Below are positions 55,191 through 64,000 of a stretch of DNA of 64,000 nt, in pieces. This DNA comes from Candidatus Moraniibacteriota bacterium (lineage in GTDB: Bacteria; Patescibacteriota; Minisyncoccia; Moranbacterales; UBA1568), in the NCBI GenBank assembly GCA_013336285.1, contig JAAXTX010000002.1, positions 13,730 through 77,729 on the forward strand, in the 5' to 3' direction. The number at the start of each line of letters is the position of its first letter. Position 1 is the stretch's first letter. The notes beneath the pieces were generated by a model. That model did not search any database and was not told the DNA's origin. It saw nothing but the letters and a program-made list of their open reading frames with translations. A program made the translations under genes and the position numbers.

Positions 55191-55227
55191 AAAAAAGAAA
55201 GTTCCCACTCGTACGGGAACTTTTTTA
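55191..55227. terminator. Bidirectional terminator (GTTCCC-ACTCGTAC-GGGAAC flanked by A6 and T6)
   Basis: It separates the convergent TrmB-like and 55238-55651 genes. Confidence 0.6.
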
Positions 55228-55237
55228 ATCGATAACA

Positions 55238-55651
55238 TCAGGATTCGTTTGGGTACCGACCGGTCAGTCTCTTGAACTCTTCACGGTCATACGTGGTGAA
55301 TTGCATCGACTCGGGCTTAATAACCACTTGACCGATAAATCTTTGATCCTGAACGGGAGCATATCTGACCGTACGCCTGTCGTTAATATCGTTCGAATTA
55401 TCTTGCACGATTCCCTCATCATGACGCTCCACGATTACCGCTTCGTCCGTATAGGTTACCGTGGCAATATGCCTGTCCGACATACCCTCAGCCGTTCTTT
55501 CGCGGCCGAGTGTGAGCGGCAGTTTTGCCGCCCTGCAAAAGGAAAGCCAGTCCATGTATTTCCGATGTGGATCGGCGTCATAATCATAGATGCACATGCC
55601 CCATCTCCGTTTTCTGGATTGATAAGAAACCACTCCACATAAAAGTACCAT
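55238..55651 (-). CDS. Hypothetical protein
   Basis: 137-aa ORF ending at the bidirectional terminator, with no motif recognised. Confidence 0.4.
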   Translation of the reverse strand: MVLLCGVVSYQSRKRRWGMCIYDYDADPHRKYMDWLSFCRAAKLPLTLGRERTAEGMSDRHIATVTYTDEAVIVERHDEGIVQDNSNDINDRRTVRYAPVQDQRFIGQVVIKPESMQFTTYDREEFKRLTGRYPNES

Positions 55652-55729
55652 CCATTCGGACCCATGGTCAATTCAGCTCACGAAAAAGAGGCCTCTTCAA
55701 GCCCCTTTATTACGATATTACGAAATCGT

Positions 55730-56578
55730 TTATCTATACCCCGCCAGGACTTCCTGGAACGCCTCTTCGGAAAATTCCCGTTTATAGGGCGGAACCTCGC
55801 CGATACCAAGGCGATCCTCGTACAGCTCGCGCGAATCGTTGCGATAGATGACACCGAGCGGAAGCTTGTCGGTCTCGAGCGCAAGCTGAAACGCCGCCAC
55901 GCGATCGGTCGGATCGTAGTTCTCCGATACCGGATGCGTGTGTTCCTTGAACCACTGATAGGTATTCGTCTTGTTGAACACGACGCACGGCACGAAAAGA
56001 TCAACCATCGAGAATCCCTTGAAAGAAATCGCCTGTTTGATGATATCCTTTGCCTGGGCGACATCACTCACGTTCGCGCGTGCGACGAACGGCACGTCGA
56101 CCGAAATGGCGACCGCCATGGGATTGAACGGTTCGACGATCACCCCGTCCGGCTGGATCGGGTTCTTCATCCCTTCCTCCGATGTCGGTGATGCCTGCCC
56201 CTTCGTGAGACCGTACACCATGTTGTTGTGCACGAGGACGGTAATATCGGGATTGCGACGCGCGACATGTAACAGATGATTGCCGCCCTCCCCGTAAATA
56301 TCGCCATCACCCGATTCCGCGATGACGGTCAGGCTCCGGTTCGCAAGCTTGATTCCCATCGCCGTTGGAATGGAACGTCCATGCAGTCCGTTGAACATGT
56401 GCGCATCGACATACTGCGGCATCTTGGCCGCCTGGCCGATGCCGGACGCGATGACGACTTCCTTCGGGTCCTTACCGAGGTCACGAAGCGCCATCTTGAG
56501 GATATTGAGAAGCGGAAAATTTCCGCATCCCGGACACCAGGCGATGTCAGTATCCTGAGGCATATCGAAGGGAAGCAT
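55730..56578 (-). CDS. korB: 2-oxoacid:ferredoxin oxidoreductase beta subunit (TPP-binding)
   Basis: DIAWCPGCGNF and the TPP motif GDGD....GGNH. The start is assigned to MLPFDMPQ..., and the longer listed ORF reads through the minisatellite. Confidence 0.85.
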   Translation of the reverse strand: MLPFDMPQDTDIAWCPGCGNFPLLNILKMALRDLGKDPKEVVIASGIGQAAKMPQYVDAHMFNGLHGRSIPTAMGIKLANRSLTVIAESGDGDIYGEGGNHLLHVARRNPDITVLVHNNMVYGLTKGQASPTSEEGMKNPIQPDGVIVEPFNPMAVAISVDVPFVARANVSDVAQAKDIIKQAISFKGFSMVDLFVPCVVFNKTNTYQWFKEHTHPVSENYDPTDRVAAFQLALETDKLPLGVIYRNDSRELYEDRLGIGEVPPYKREFSEEAFQEVLAGYR

Positions 56579-56590
56579 AGGGTTATGAGT

Positions 56591-56622
56591 CAAAAGTGAA
56601 AAGTCGAAAGTCCATCGAGTCC
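56591..56622. repeat. GACTTTCGACTTT minisatellite copy in the korA-korB junction
   Basis: CAAAAGTGAAAAGTCGAAAGTCCATCGAGTCC. Confidence 0.6.
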
Positions 56623-56636
56623 GTATCATCAAACGT

Positions 56637-58349
56637 CTACGCTTCGGGTTCGAGCTCGTCCATAAGTTCCTCGACACAGAACGGTTCCCCGGTCGACTTG
56701 AGAATGCGCCGCGAGACCTTCACGCCCAATTCACGGACCAGCAGATCGGCGAACTGTCCCGAATGATTGTTCTCGACGACTATGATCCGTTTTCCCGAGA
56801 GTAACGTTTCCACGGCCGGATTGATCGGAAAGACCTGTGAGAAATGCAGTCCGCCGAGCTTGCGGCTTCCAAGTCTGGTGAGCGATTCCTCCACCACGCC
56901 ACGATTGGAACCCCAGGATACGACAGCCGTCTCGGCCCCTTCTAAATTATCAAATGCGTGCGGAATCACCGCCTCATCGCGAAGCGCGTCGAGCCTCCGG
57001 GACCGCTTGTCCATCATCGCGCGACGCACCTCGAAACTCTCTGTGATATGTCCGCTCTCGTCGTGCTCGTCCGAATCCACACAGACCAGCCCATCCCCGT
57101 ATCCGGGTACACCGCGTGGTGAAAGCCCGTCCGTAGTCAGCGCGTAGCGGAGATATTCCGCCTGAGTCTTCACGATGTTGCGGCGTATCGGCAAACGGAC
57201 GATTTCTTTCGAATCGATCGTTGAAACCGCATCGAGGAAATACTGGTCCGACAAGATGAAAACCGGAATCTGATACGCGTCCGCCGTATCGAACGCCCGC
57301 TCCATGGACCCGATCGCCTCAGCCGGATTTCCCGGCGCGAATATCGCGCGGGAAAATTCCCCGTGCCCCGAGTAGAGCGCGAGATTGAGATCCCCCTGTT
57401 CCGTCCGTGTCGGAAGTCCGGTCGCGGGTCCCGGCCGCTGTCCGATATGGATCACGATAGGCGTCTCTATCATGCCGGCCAGACTCACTCCTTCCTGCAT
57501 GAGATCGAATCCGCCACCGGATGTCGTCACCATGGCCCGTGCACCCGCATACGAAGCACCGAGCCCCGCGTTAATGGCGGAAATTTCGTCCTCCGCCTGA
57601 TCAACCACTATGCCGCAACGTTTCGCGTTCTGCGCAAGAAATGCCAACACGCCCGTAGCGGGCGACATTGGATATGAGGAAATGAAATCACACCCGCCCG
57701 CAATCGCCCCGATGCCGAGTGCCGTCGTTCCATCCACCAGGAGATCGTCTTTCTTGCCGTCATCCGGAACGAGCGGTACTTCTATATTCTCCGCGTACGC
57801 CGCGTGTTTCCCGAACGCGTGCCCTTTCCGGAGTGCCTCGATATTTTTTTCGACAATGTCGTCACCTTTTCTCGAAAAGACTTTCGTAAGATACGTTTCC
57901 GCCTCCTCGGACGGTATTCCTATCACTCCGAGTATCACTCCGAGCGCCGCCGAATTCGCGTAGATGGGATTTCCACCCGCTTCCATCGCGAACCGAAGCA
58001 TGGGCGTATCGATGAATCTGCATATCCCGCCCATATCAGCGCTCGCTTTCTCGGCAAAAACGGTAGTTCCCTCGCCGATACGCCACCGCAGGTGTTCGAG
58101 CGCCGGCGCGTCCAGTGCGAGCAGAAAATCGATTCGGCGGATATAGGCCCTGCGCGGGACCCTGGCAGAGGAGAGTCGGATTTGCACGGAATTACTGCCT
58201 CCACGGACCCGGGACATATACTCCTTGCACGCGGACACGCCATATCCGGCGTCTTTCAGGATACGGACCAATGCAGCCTCGACGGTCTGAACCCCCTGCC
58301 CGGCAGCTCCCCCGACAACTATTGAAATATCTTTGGAAAACTTCGGCAT
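56637..58349 (-). CDS. korA: 2-oxoacid:ferredoxin oxidoreductase alpha subunit with fused N-terminal gamma domain
   Basis: 570 aa with the N-terminal GGAAGQGV gamma-type motif followed by alpha-subunit domains. Confidence 0.85.
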   Translation of the reverse strand: MPKFSKDISIVVGGAAGQGVQTVEAALVRILKDAGYGVSACKEYMSRVRGGSNSVQIRLSSARVPRRAYIRRIDFLLALDAPALEHLRWRIGEGTTVFAEKASADMGGICRFIDTPMLRFAMEAGGNPIYANSAALGVILGVIGIPSEEAETYLTKVFSRKGDDIVEKNIEALRKGHAFGKHAAYAENIEVPLVPDDGKKDDLLVDGTTALGIGAIAGGCDFISSYPMSPATGVLAFLAQNAKRCGIVVDQAEDEISAINAGLGASYAGARAMVTTSGGGFDLMQEGVSLAGMIETPIVIHIGQRPGPATGLPTRTEQGDLNLALYSGHGEFSRAIFAPGNPAEAIGSMERAFDTADAYQIPVFILSDQYFLDAVSTIDSKEIVRLPIRRNIVKTQAEYLRYALTTDGLSPRGVPGYGDGLVCVDSDEHDESGHITESFEVRRAMMDKRSRRLDALRDEAVIPHAFDNLEGAETAVVSWGSNRGVVEESLTRLGSRKLGGLHFSQVFPINPAVETLLSGKRIIVVENNHSGQFADLLVRELGVKVSRRILKSTGEPFCVEELMDELEPEA

Positions 58350-58530
58350 ACTTTATATTCATTCGGTATTTTATACAGTATACCACGGGAAGGAATCATC
58401 CGGACGACAAAAGATACGAACAAGCGGTCGATAGTCATGCCAGGATGAAATTGCGAAAAAACGACAAGCGATCAACCCCGTCAACGGCATCCCTTACGCC
58501 TTCGATGACTTGCGAAACCACAGACGCTCA

Positions 58531-58607
58531 AAAAATGTTGTCCTCGCTTTCCAGTTTTTTCTTCACGATCTCGAACTCATTCTCGGCTTCCTTGAGTTTC
58601 TCAAAAT
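58531..58607 (-). pseudogene. Orphan duplicate of the xseB 3' terminus (encodes ...EKLKEAENEFEIVKKKLESEDNIF*)
   Basis: About 57 bp match 60024-60085 with 4 mismatches, with perfect cores ATCTCGAACTCATTCTCGGC and TCCTTGAGTTTCTC. It is in frame with a diverged XseB C-terminus. Confidence 0.6.
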
Positions 58608-58625
58608 GAAATGGCAACTACTCTT

Positions 58626-59732
58626 CTACTTCGATATGGCCATACCGCCTTCTTCAACTTCCGAAGAAATTACCTCATACGTTTCCGGATTGTAGTAGAT
58701 CCGATCATATATCTCAAACGGACGGCCGATAAATCCTCCGTTCTTTTCTGTCGCGATATTCAGATCCCACTTATCATAATACGATATGTAATGCCCTTTC
58801 TTATCTTCTCCGAGAGTGATCGTGAAACGCCCCATTACCCTAGAGAAATCGTCGACGAACAACTCATTTCCACCACCCTCTTTCAGTTCTGATACCAAGT
58901 CGCTTACCGTTTGTTTTTCAAACAGTTTTGGAAAAAAATCAACGATTTTGTAATAATATTTATCCACGTCAGATCGAGCCGGTTTGTGATCCGAGATCCC
59001 GAAAGTTCCATGTTTCTGAGAAAGACCAAGGTAGAGCCTCCACGCATCATAGCGTTCCGGTCCCTGCTTTTCATAGAATGTCGACGCGCCCATTACCAAA
59101 TTATCGAGAAACAACATAGAATGAGCTTCGCTAAAATAGGTTACCGGGCGAATACTTCTCTCAACCAGTTCACTGAGACCGAACTTGTATACCGACCGCT
59201 GTTCCTCTGTTATCCCTTCTTCAAACATTTCCGATCTCGCACGATCGCGCTCAGCGAACTTTCCATCCGCTTTCTGCATAACGTTCACACCAGTGAAATA
59301 TGCCCCGTAGAGAGGAAAAAGACTCACGAATCCGACCATGACCCGATTCATGATTCGATCAACCTTCTCTCGGTGTTTCTTGATTTCTTTTCCATAGAGC
59401 CTCGCTCGCGCTTCAATTAACTCCCGCTCTTCCTGAACTTCAGGATGCCTCTCGAGTTCGGAAATCTGAAATTCGACAACATCGGAAAGTCGGCTGGCGG
59501 GATGCCTCTCAAGCCATGAGACAAGATTAGCTCTGAGTGTCGCGACCTGGTTCGAATCATCCGAAGATGGCACACAATCATCGAGCTCTCGCCAGTCCCC
59601 GATTACCTTCGCCGCTTCCAGCATCCTTTCACTGATTTTCTTATCAAAATTCTCTTGCCGTTCCGGAAAATCCTCCTGCGGAACACTGGGTTTTTCCGGT
59701 ACAGCAAGAGACGGCATAAACGATTCCTTCAT
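58626..59732 (-). CDS. Hypothetical protein, cargo of the low-GC insert at the xseB 3' end
   Basis: 368 aa, lower GC than neighbours, no motif recognised. Confidence 0.5.
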   Translation of the reverse strand: MKESFMPSLAVPEKPSVPQEDFPERQENFDKKISERMLEAAKVIGDWRELDDCVPSSDDSNQVATLRANLVSWLERHPASRLSDVVEFQISELERHPEVQEERELIEARARLYGKEIKKHREKVDRIMNRVMVGFVSLFPLYGAYFTGVNVMQKADGKFAERDRARSEMFEEGITEEQRSVYKFGLSELVERSIRPVTYFSEAHSMLFLDNLVMGASTFYEKQGPERYDAWRLYLGLSQKHGTFGISDHKPARSDVDKYYYKIVDFFPKLFEKQTVSDLVSELKEGGGNELFVDDFSRVMGRFTITLGEDKKGHYISYYDKWDLNIATEKNGGFIGRPFEIYDRIYYNPETYEVISSEVEEGGMAISK

Positions 59733-59734
59733 AC

Positions 59735-59890
59735 TTATTCCTTATCATTCGTTTCCTCAGTGCTATCACGACACGCCTCCCTAAAATCGGTCTCAACCTC
59801 TGCGATAGATTCTTCAAATTCGGAAAAAAGGTCTCGTATTTTTTGCTCTGCCTCTTTCCGTTCTTTGTCCGTGAGTTCCGATTTGTTCAT
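59735..59890 (-). CDS. Possible small acidic protein (51 aa) coupled to the 368-aa cargo gene
   Basis: MNKSELTDKERKEAEQKIRDLFSEFEESIAEVETDFREACRDSTEETNDKE. Its stop is 2 nt before the next ATG. Confidence 0.3.
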   Translation of the reverse strand: MNKSELTDKERKEAEQKIRDLFSEFEESIAEVETDFREACRDSTEETNDKE

Positions 59891-60008
59891 AAAACACGTA
59901 GTATCTTCTTCGCAAAACTTATTTCCACACTCACTTATTCTGATCCTTCCTTTGGCAAGAAAGAAAAACTAATCTTTGCACTACCCTCTCCTTTCTACCT
60001 CCTACTCC

Positions 60009-60221
60009 CTATTCCTCCCCTTCCAGTTCCTTCTTCACTATCTCGAACTCATTCTCGGCCTCCTTGAGTTTCTCGCGGCTTTCCTTCACGAGTACCGCAC
60101 CTGCTTTCACCTTCGCGAGCCCCTCCTCGACATCTACCTCCTCTTGACTCTCGAACCAGGCGACGATTTCCTCCAATTTCTTCAGCGACTCCCCAAGCGA
60201 CTGCTTCTTTTCCTGTGGCAT
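60009..60221 (-). CDS. xseB: Exodeoxyribonuclease VII small subunit
   Basis: 70 aa with LEEIVAWFESQEEVDVEEGLAKVKAGAVLVKESREKLKEAE, the XseB coiled-coil pattern. Confidence 0.8.
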   Translation of the reverse strand: MPQEKKQSLGESLKKLEEIVAWFESQEEVDVEEGLAKVKAGAVLVKESREKLKEAENEFEIVKKELEGEE

Positions 60222-60291
60222 ATATTTTTTATTACATGGTTATATTGATGAATTGTTTCATTGTCTCCTGTTCCAGGATAACTGTTAACTG

Positions 60292-61836
60292 CTATCTGTT
60301 CACTGACTTCACTTCCGCTGAAAGCGATCCGTCCGACAACCTGATATTCAGTTCTTCCCCGACGGAGACATCGCCGACCTTCGAGAGCACCTTTCCTCCG
60401 GCCCGAACAATGGCGTAGCCGAGGGAAAGCACTCGGTTAGGGTCATACTGACGAAGCGCTCCTTCTGCCCTAGAAAGCCGTTCCCGAACATCTTTGGCAG
60501 CACTCTTCCAGCCATCGCCGATCCGTCGTGTCGAGTCCTCAAGAAGAGACGAGGACTCTCGCAGCCGGTACTCGATGACCGATAATTTCGAATAAAGCGC
60601 GTTCGTTACCCGCTCGAACCGGTCGGAAACGCCCTCAAGAAAGGCAAGAAAAGTCGAGACACTTTTTTCGAGCCGATCGGAGGATTCGGAAAGCGCGCGT
60701 TCGAAAGAAGAAACAATGGCTCGCTCGCTTTGGACGAGCGTCTGACGTGCCGAATCCCACGGCTCCCGGATAGTACGTGCGACCGCGGTCGGAGTCGAGA
60801 CCATTCGGTCCGCCACGAGTGCGGCCAGGGTCACGTCCTTCTCATGACCTATGCCGGCGATTACCGGCATCTCGCATTCGGAAATTTCACGGACAAGCGA
60901 CTCCGTATTGAACGCCTGCAGACTTTCGATACTTCCGCCGCCGCGAATGATGACCAGGATATCGTATGAATCCGCCTTCGACCGGAAATATCGGATTGCT
61001 TTCAACACGTCGAACACGGCTCTTTTCCCCTCGACACTCGACGGATAAAGGTCGATCCGGATACCCAGCCTTCCGAGATTCGTCAGGAAATCGCCGATTG
61101 CGGCACCCTGTTCCGAAGTGATAAGAGCGATACACTCTGGAAATTCCGGGAGCTTCCGCTTCCGTTCCGGCGCGAAGATACCTTCCGATTCGAGCTTTCG
61201 ATACAGCGCGTCGTAAGCCTTCTTAAGCGCGCCCTCTCCCGCGATCTCAATGACACCGACCTTGAGTGACAGCCTGCCCATCGGCTTCCATATTTCCGGA
61301 ACGCCCTCGACGATCACGTCATCCCCTTCCTTGAGACGCACTCCGGAGACGTCGTATTGCCATCGGAACATGAGGCAGTTGATCATGCTCTGATCTTCCG
61401 GATCCTTAAGGGAAAAGTATACGACCCGTTCGCGCTCATCCACTGAAGATACTTCCCCGCGGATTCGGGCGGCCATACCGGAAAGCTCCGTATTGAGTCC
61501 GTCGAGGAATCGGCTCACGGACAATATGTCGTCTTCAGTCGGTGAAACCGTTTCCGACATATTCGAAAAATCAGATCGCATCCCGACGGGCTCCGACACA
61601 GGCATCATTCCGGTTCCAGATCCGGCACGCGCGACGATTTCCAGAATCGCCTTCCCATACTGGCGACACTTCGCATCCTTGATTCCCTTCACCTCCATGA
61701 GCTCACCCGATGTCGACGGCTTCCTTGCGGCTATGCCGTCGAGCGCGGCATTCGTAAGCACGCGAAACGGCTCAACGCCTTCTTTCGAAGCCTGTTTCGC
61801 CCGCCACATCCGTAACAAAGAGGAAAGATCCGCCAT
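60292..61836 (-). CDS. xseA: Exodeoxyribonuclease VII large subunit with an N-terminal HRDC-like extension
   Basis: The OB-fold and catalytic core (...IALITSEQGAAIGDF...IIRGGGSIESL...AGIGHEKD...) are preceded by about 70 aa resembling an HRDC domain (EPFRVLTNAALDGIAARKPSTSGELMEVKGIKDAKCRQYGKAILEIV). Confidence 0.8.
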   Translation of the reverse strand: MADLSSLLRMWRAKQASKEGVEPFRVLTNAALDGIAARKPSTSGELMEVKGIKDAKCRQYGKAILEIVARAGSGTGMMPVSEPVGMRSDFSNMSETVSPTEDDILSVSRFLDGLNTELSGMAARIRGEVSSVDERERVVYFSLKDPEDQSMINCLMFRWQYDVSGVRLKEGDDVIVEGVPEIWKPMGRLSLKVGVIEIAGEGALKKAYDALYRKLESEGIFAPERKRKLPEFPECIALITSEQGAAIGDFLTNLGRLGIRIDLYPSSVEGKRAVFDVLKAIRYFRSKADSYDILVIIRGGGSIESLQAFNTESLVREISECEMPVIAGIGHEKDVTLAALVADRMVSTPTAVARTIREPWDSARQTLVQSERAIVSSFERALSESSDRLEKSVSTFLAFLEGVSDRFERVTNALYSKLSVIEYRLRESSSLLEDSTRRIGDGWKSAAKDVRERLSRAEGALRQYDPNRVLSLGYAIVRAGGKVLSKVGDVSVGEELNIRLSDGSLSAEVKSVNR

Positions 61837-61867
61837 AGAAAAGAGAAATTTAAATTGACAATCACGG

Positions 61868-61930
61868 ATTACGGACACGCTACATTGCCGAACGACTTAA
61901 TATACTTTCGACTTTCGGACTTGGGGACTC
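61868..61930. repeat. GACTTTCGACTTT / TTACGGAC minisatellite copy upstream of xseA
   Basis: ATTACGGACACGC...ATACTTTCGACTTTCGGACTTGGGGACTC. Confidence 0.6.
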
Positions 61931-63155
61931 AAAATAACAACGTGTCCGGTTTGAAAATGAGCAGCAATCCGAGCATAACCATAAGTGCTCCACCGAACAG
62001 ATTGCACCATTTCACATAGCCTTCGGTCATTTGCAACCTCCCCGCACCCCACAACGCGAGTGCGAACACGACGAGATCGTCGACCATGTAAAAGAGCATG
62101 TAGATGAGCATGTATCCCTGGGTCCGGAAGAACCCGAGACGGTTCATCTCGATAATCTTCGTGAATGTCTGCGGGATGCCTATCGAACAGGCGAATTCGA
62201 TAACGTTAACGGAAAGGGCGAGGGTCACCACGCCGGTCGCCGTGATCCAGGTGAATGGCTGCGCGACGAGTTTCTTGATCTGTCCCGATATGCCGGCCCG
62301 CTTCTTCACGTCCGTCACGAGACACGTCCCGTCGCCGCGATACCATTCATAGATAAAAAAGATTCCTCCACCAATCGCGATCAACCCGACGATCGGAGTC
62401 ACGATACGGTCAAGTCCGATAAAATCCCACGCCTTGAACCAGACGTTCAGGATGAGATAGTACATGATCGTCTCTGCCAGAAGGAACAGTCCTGCCACGA
62501 GAATAATCTTCTTCCGATCGCCGAACTGGATGAGCACCAGAAGGAATGTGACGAGAACCCACATCGCGCAAGGATTGAACCCGTCCACGAAGCCGAGAAT
62601 GGCGGACAATGCCGGCAGCGAATATCTCGATACGTCAACCGTACCCGCCACCGGCACCGAAACGTAGGCGGGATCGTTTCCGAAAGTCCTACACACGTTT
62701 CCATCCTCGCAGGTTCCCCCGGACGACTTTTCCACGTTTCCGCCTTTACCGGAGGAAAGGATCGAATCGAACCCAGTCGCATCAGAAGTCGGATTGTCGA
62801 GGAGCTCCTCGATCCGTCTTCCCGTCGTATCGGAAGATTCGAAACCCTGAATGACGATCCCCCCGACCGCCGTGATCGGAGTCGATTTCGAAAGTTCCTC
62901 GAACACCGTCACGCGGTCGAAAAGCGCCTTTCCTTCCGTTGTTCCCAAATCGTACGTCACGACATCCACATCGTTTCTCCGCGCCGAAAGGTCACGAAGA
63001 AACGCTTCTTCTTCCTGACAATGGGCGCAATCGGTCCGCCCGATGATTTCCACGGTCTTCTTCTCCTTTGCAAAGACCGATACCGGAGCAAAAAAAGACA
63101 GTATCGATAGAAAAAGGAGAAAAATGATCGACATTTTTTTCATAAGGTTTACCAA
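61929..63155 (-). CDS. Membrane protein with N-terminal thioredoxin-like CxxC domain and polytopic C-terminal domain (DsbD/CcdA-like?)
   Basis: A signal/TM segment, then CAHCQ, then about 6 transmembrane helices with a Cys pair (NPCAMW...CSIG). Confidence 0.45.
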   Translation of the reverse strand: MVNLMKKMSIIFLLFLSILSFFAPVSVFAKEKKTVEIIGRTDCAHCQEEEAFLRDLSARRNDVDVVTYDLGTTEGKALFDRVTVFEELSKSTPITAVGGIVIQGFESSDTTGRRIEELLDNPTSDATGFDSILSSGKGGNVEKSSGGTCEDGNVCRTFGNDPAYVSVPVAGTVDVSRYSLPALSAILGFVDGFNPCAMWVLVTFLLVLIQFGDRKKIILVAGLFLLAETIMYYLILNVWFKAWDFIGLDRIVTPIVGLIAIGGGIFFIYEWYRGDGTCLVTDVKKRAGISGQIKKLVAQPFTWITATGVVTLALSVNVIEFACSIGIPQTFTKIIEMNRLGFFRTQGYMLIYMLFYMVDDLVVFALALWGAGRLQMTEGYVKWCNLFGGALMVMLGLLLIFKPDTLLF

Positions 63156-63239
63156 ATATGGTACCCCTCATTGTACCCTGGAAGCGAAAATATCCCAAAA
63201 ATATGGTACTATGGTGGAAAAGAAACAATATCCGTTTCC

Positions 63240-64000
63240 ATGGAACCGCTCATATCCATCGATAAACTCCGGGTCATCTACAACCAGGGGAAATCAAACG
63301 AATCCCGTGCGCTCGAGGAGACGACCCTCGAGATTTTTCCGAAGGAGTATGTCATCATCTACGGCCCATCCGGGTGCGGGAAATCGACGCTCCTGTATTC
63401 GATTGCCGGGCTCCAGAAGCCGACCTACGGAGATATCACGATAAACGGAAGGTCCTTCTCAAAGATGTCAAAGAAAGAGCAGCTGGAGCTACATCAGACC
63501 GGGATCGGGCTCGTTTTCCAGGCCTTCTACCTTATTCCCTCCCTTACCATTCTCGACAACGTCTGTCTGCCGCGCGTTTTCCGCGGCGAACGGCATTCGG
63601 ACCGCGAAAGAGACGGTATCCAGGCTCTCCGCCGCTTCGGTATCGTAGAACAGGCAGACAAATACCCGAGTCAGCTCTCCGGAGGCCAGAAACAACGTGT
63701 CGCCATAGCCCGAGCCCTTATAAACCAACCGAAAATCATCCTTGCCGACGAACCGGTCGGAAACCTGGACAGCGAATCGGCGCGCAACGTACTTCAGATA
63801 CTAAAAGAGCTGAACGAGGTCGATCAACAGACCATCATCATGGTTACGCACAATCCGGAACACCTCGCCTATGCGGACCGAGTCATCCATATGCGTGACG
63901 GCCGAGTCATAAAAGAAGACGTAAACAAGGACAAGCGCCCTGTCGAAGCCAAGAAAGATGTGGTCATGGTCAAGGAAGAATCGCCGGAAACCCAGGAACT
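63240..64000 (+). CDS. ABC transporter ATP-binding protein (FtsE/LolD/MacB-like), 3'-partial
   Basis: Translation from the ATG at ~63240 gives [11 protein letters not shown] (Walker A), the signature [15 protein letters not shown], and Walker B ILADEP. The ORF runs off the window, so it is absent from the ORF track. Confidence 0.8.
   Translation, partial: MEPLISIDKLRVIYNQGKSNESRALEETTLEIFPKEYVIIYGPSGCGKSTLLYSIAGLQKPTYGDITINGRSFSKMSKKEQLELHQTGIGLVFQAFYLIPSLTILDNVCLPRVFRGERHSDRERDGIQALRRFGIVEQADKYPSQLSGGQKQRVAIARALINQPKIILADEPVGNLDSESARNVLQILKELNEVDQQTIIMVTHNPEHLAYADRVIHMRDGRVIKEDVNKDKRPVEAKKDVVMVKEESPETQE

Noticed and set aside
1-64000. CRISPR arrays, rRNA genes, canonical tRNA genes, transposase or integrase genes
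   Set aside because: I looked for regularly spaced direct repeats, rRNA-like conserved blocks, cloverleaf signatures and recombinase motifs (tyrosine-recombinase R..H..R..Y, DDE) and found none. The only RNA gene I can support is tmRNA.

Overview
This 64-kb window is a gene-dense chromosomal segment from a high-GC, apparently uncultivated bacterium; I cannot place the lineage reliably from sequence alone. Roughly 75% of coding is on the minus strand. Recognisable housekeeping content includes: an M16 peptidase; dimeric-type GlyRS, IleRS and ArgRS; a P-type cation ATPase; the tRNA-modification genes tgt, mnmA, a dihydrouridine synthase and a TrmH/SpoU methyltransferase; RecO, MutY and XseAB; Lgt; an smpB-tmRNA (ssrA) pair followed by infC-rpmI-rplT; an Rrf2-type regulator followed by sufCB-(short D)-S-U with a ferredoxin and SufT/DUF59; and 2-oxoacid:ferredoxin oxidoreductase korAB. 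Accessory content includes a sensor histidine kinase, a HAD phosphatase, NUDIX hydrolases and a B12-binding radical SAM protein.

The most unusual structure recurs at three housekeeping genes. Short, low-GC cargo modules sit exactly at a gene terminus (3' end of glyQS, 3' end of xseB, 5' end of ileS). Each is bracketed by an imperfect 40-75 bp duplication of that terminus, with perfect cores of 23, 20+14 and 13 bp. An orphan fragment of the gene is left on the far side of the insert. This is the architecture of site-specific integrative elements that carry a replacement gene end, as phage 21/e14 do at icd, or of integrase-less elements mobilised in trans. None of the three inserts encodes a recombinase.

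Other notable items:
- A 1265-aa orphan ORF with no recognisable motifs, sitting alone on a compositionally distinct islet between mnmA and the dus gene.
- A paralogous pair of P-loop kinase genes flanking a NUDIX gene, in the ileS operon.
- Two genome-specific short repeat families: a GACTTTCGACTTT/TTACGGAC minisatellite and a CATTCCGGG-N5-CCCGGAATG palindrome. Copies of both occur in-frame inside essential genes.
- A HindIII-site-dense palindromic tract abutting the tmRNA 3' end.
- A terminator-containing structured leader immediately upstream of a nucleoside deoxyribosyltransferase-like gene, which is a candidate riboswitch.
- Several additional low-GC islets, including a TrmB-type regulator, a 4-TM membrane protein and a small secreted peptide driven by a consensus promoter.

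Coordinates that I derived by hand, rather than from the ORF track, may be off by 1-2 nt.
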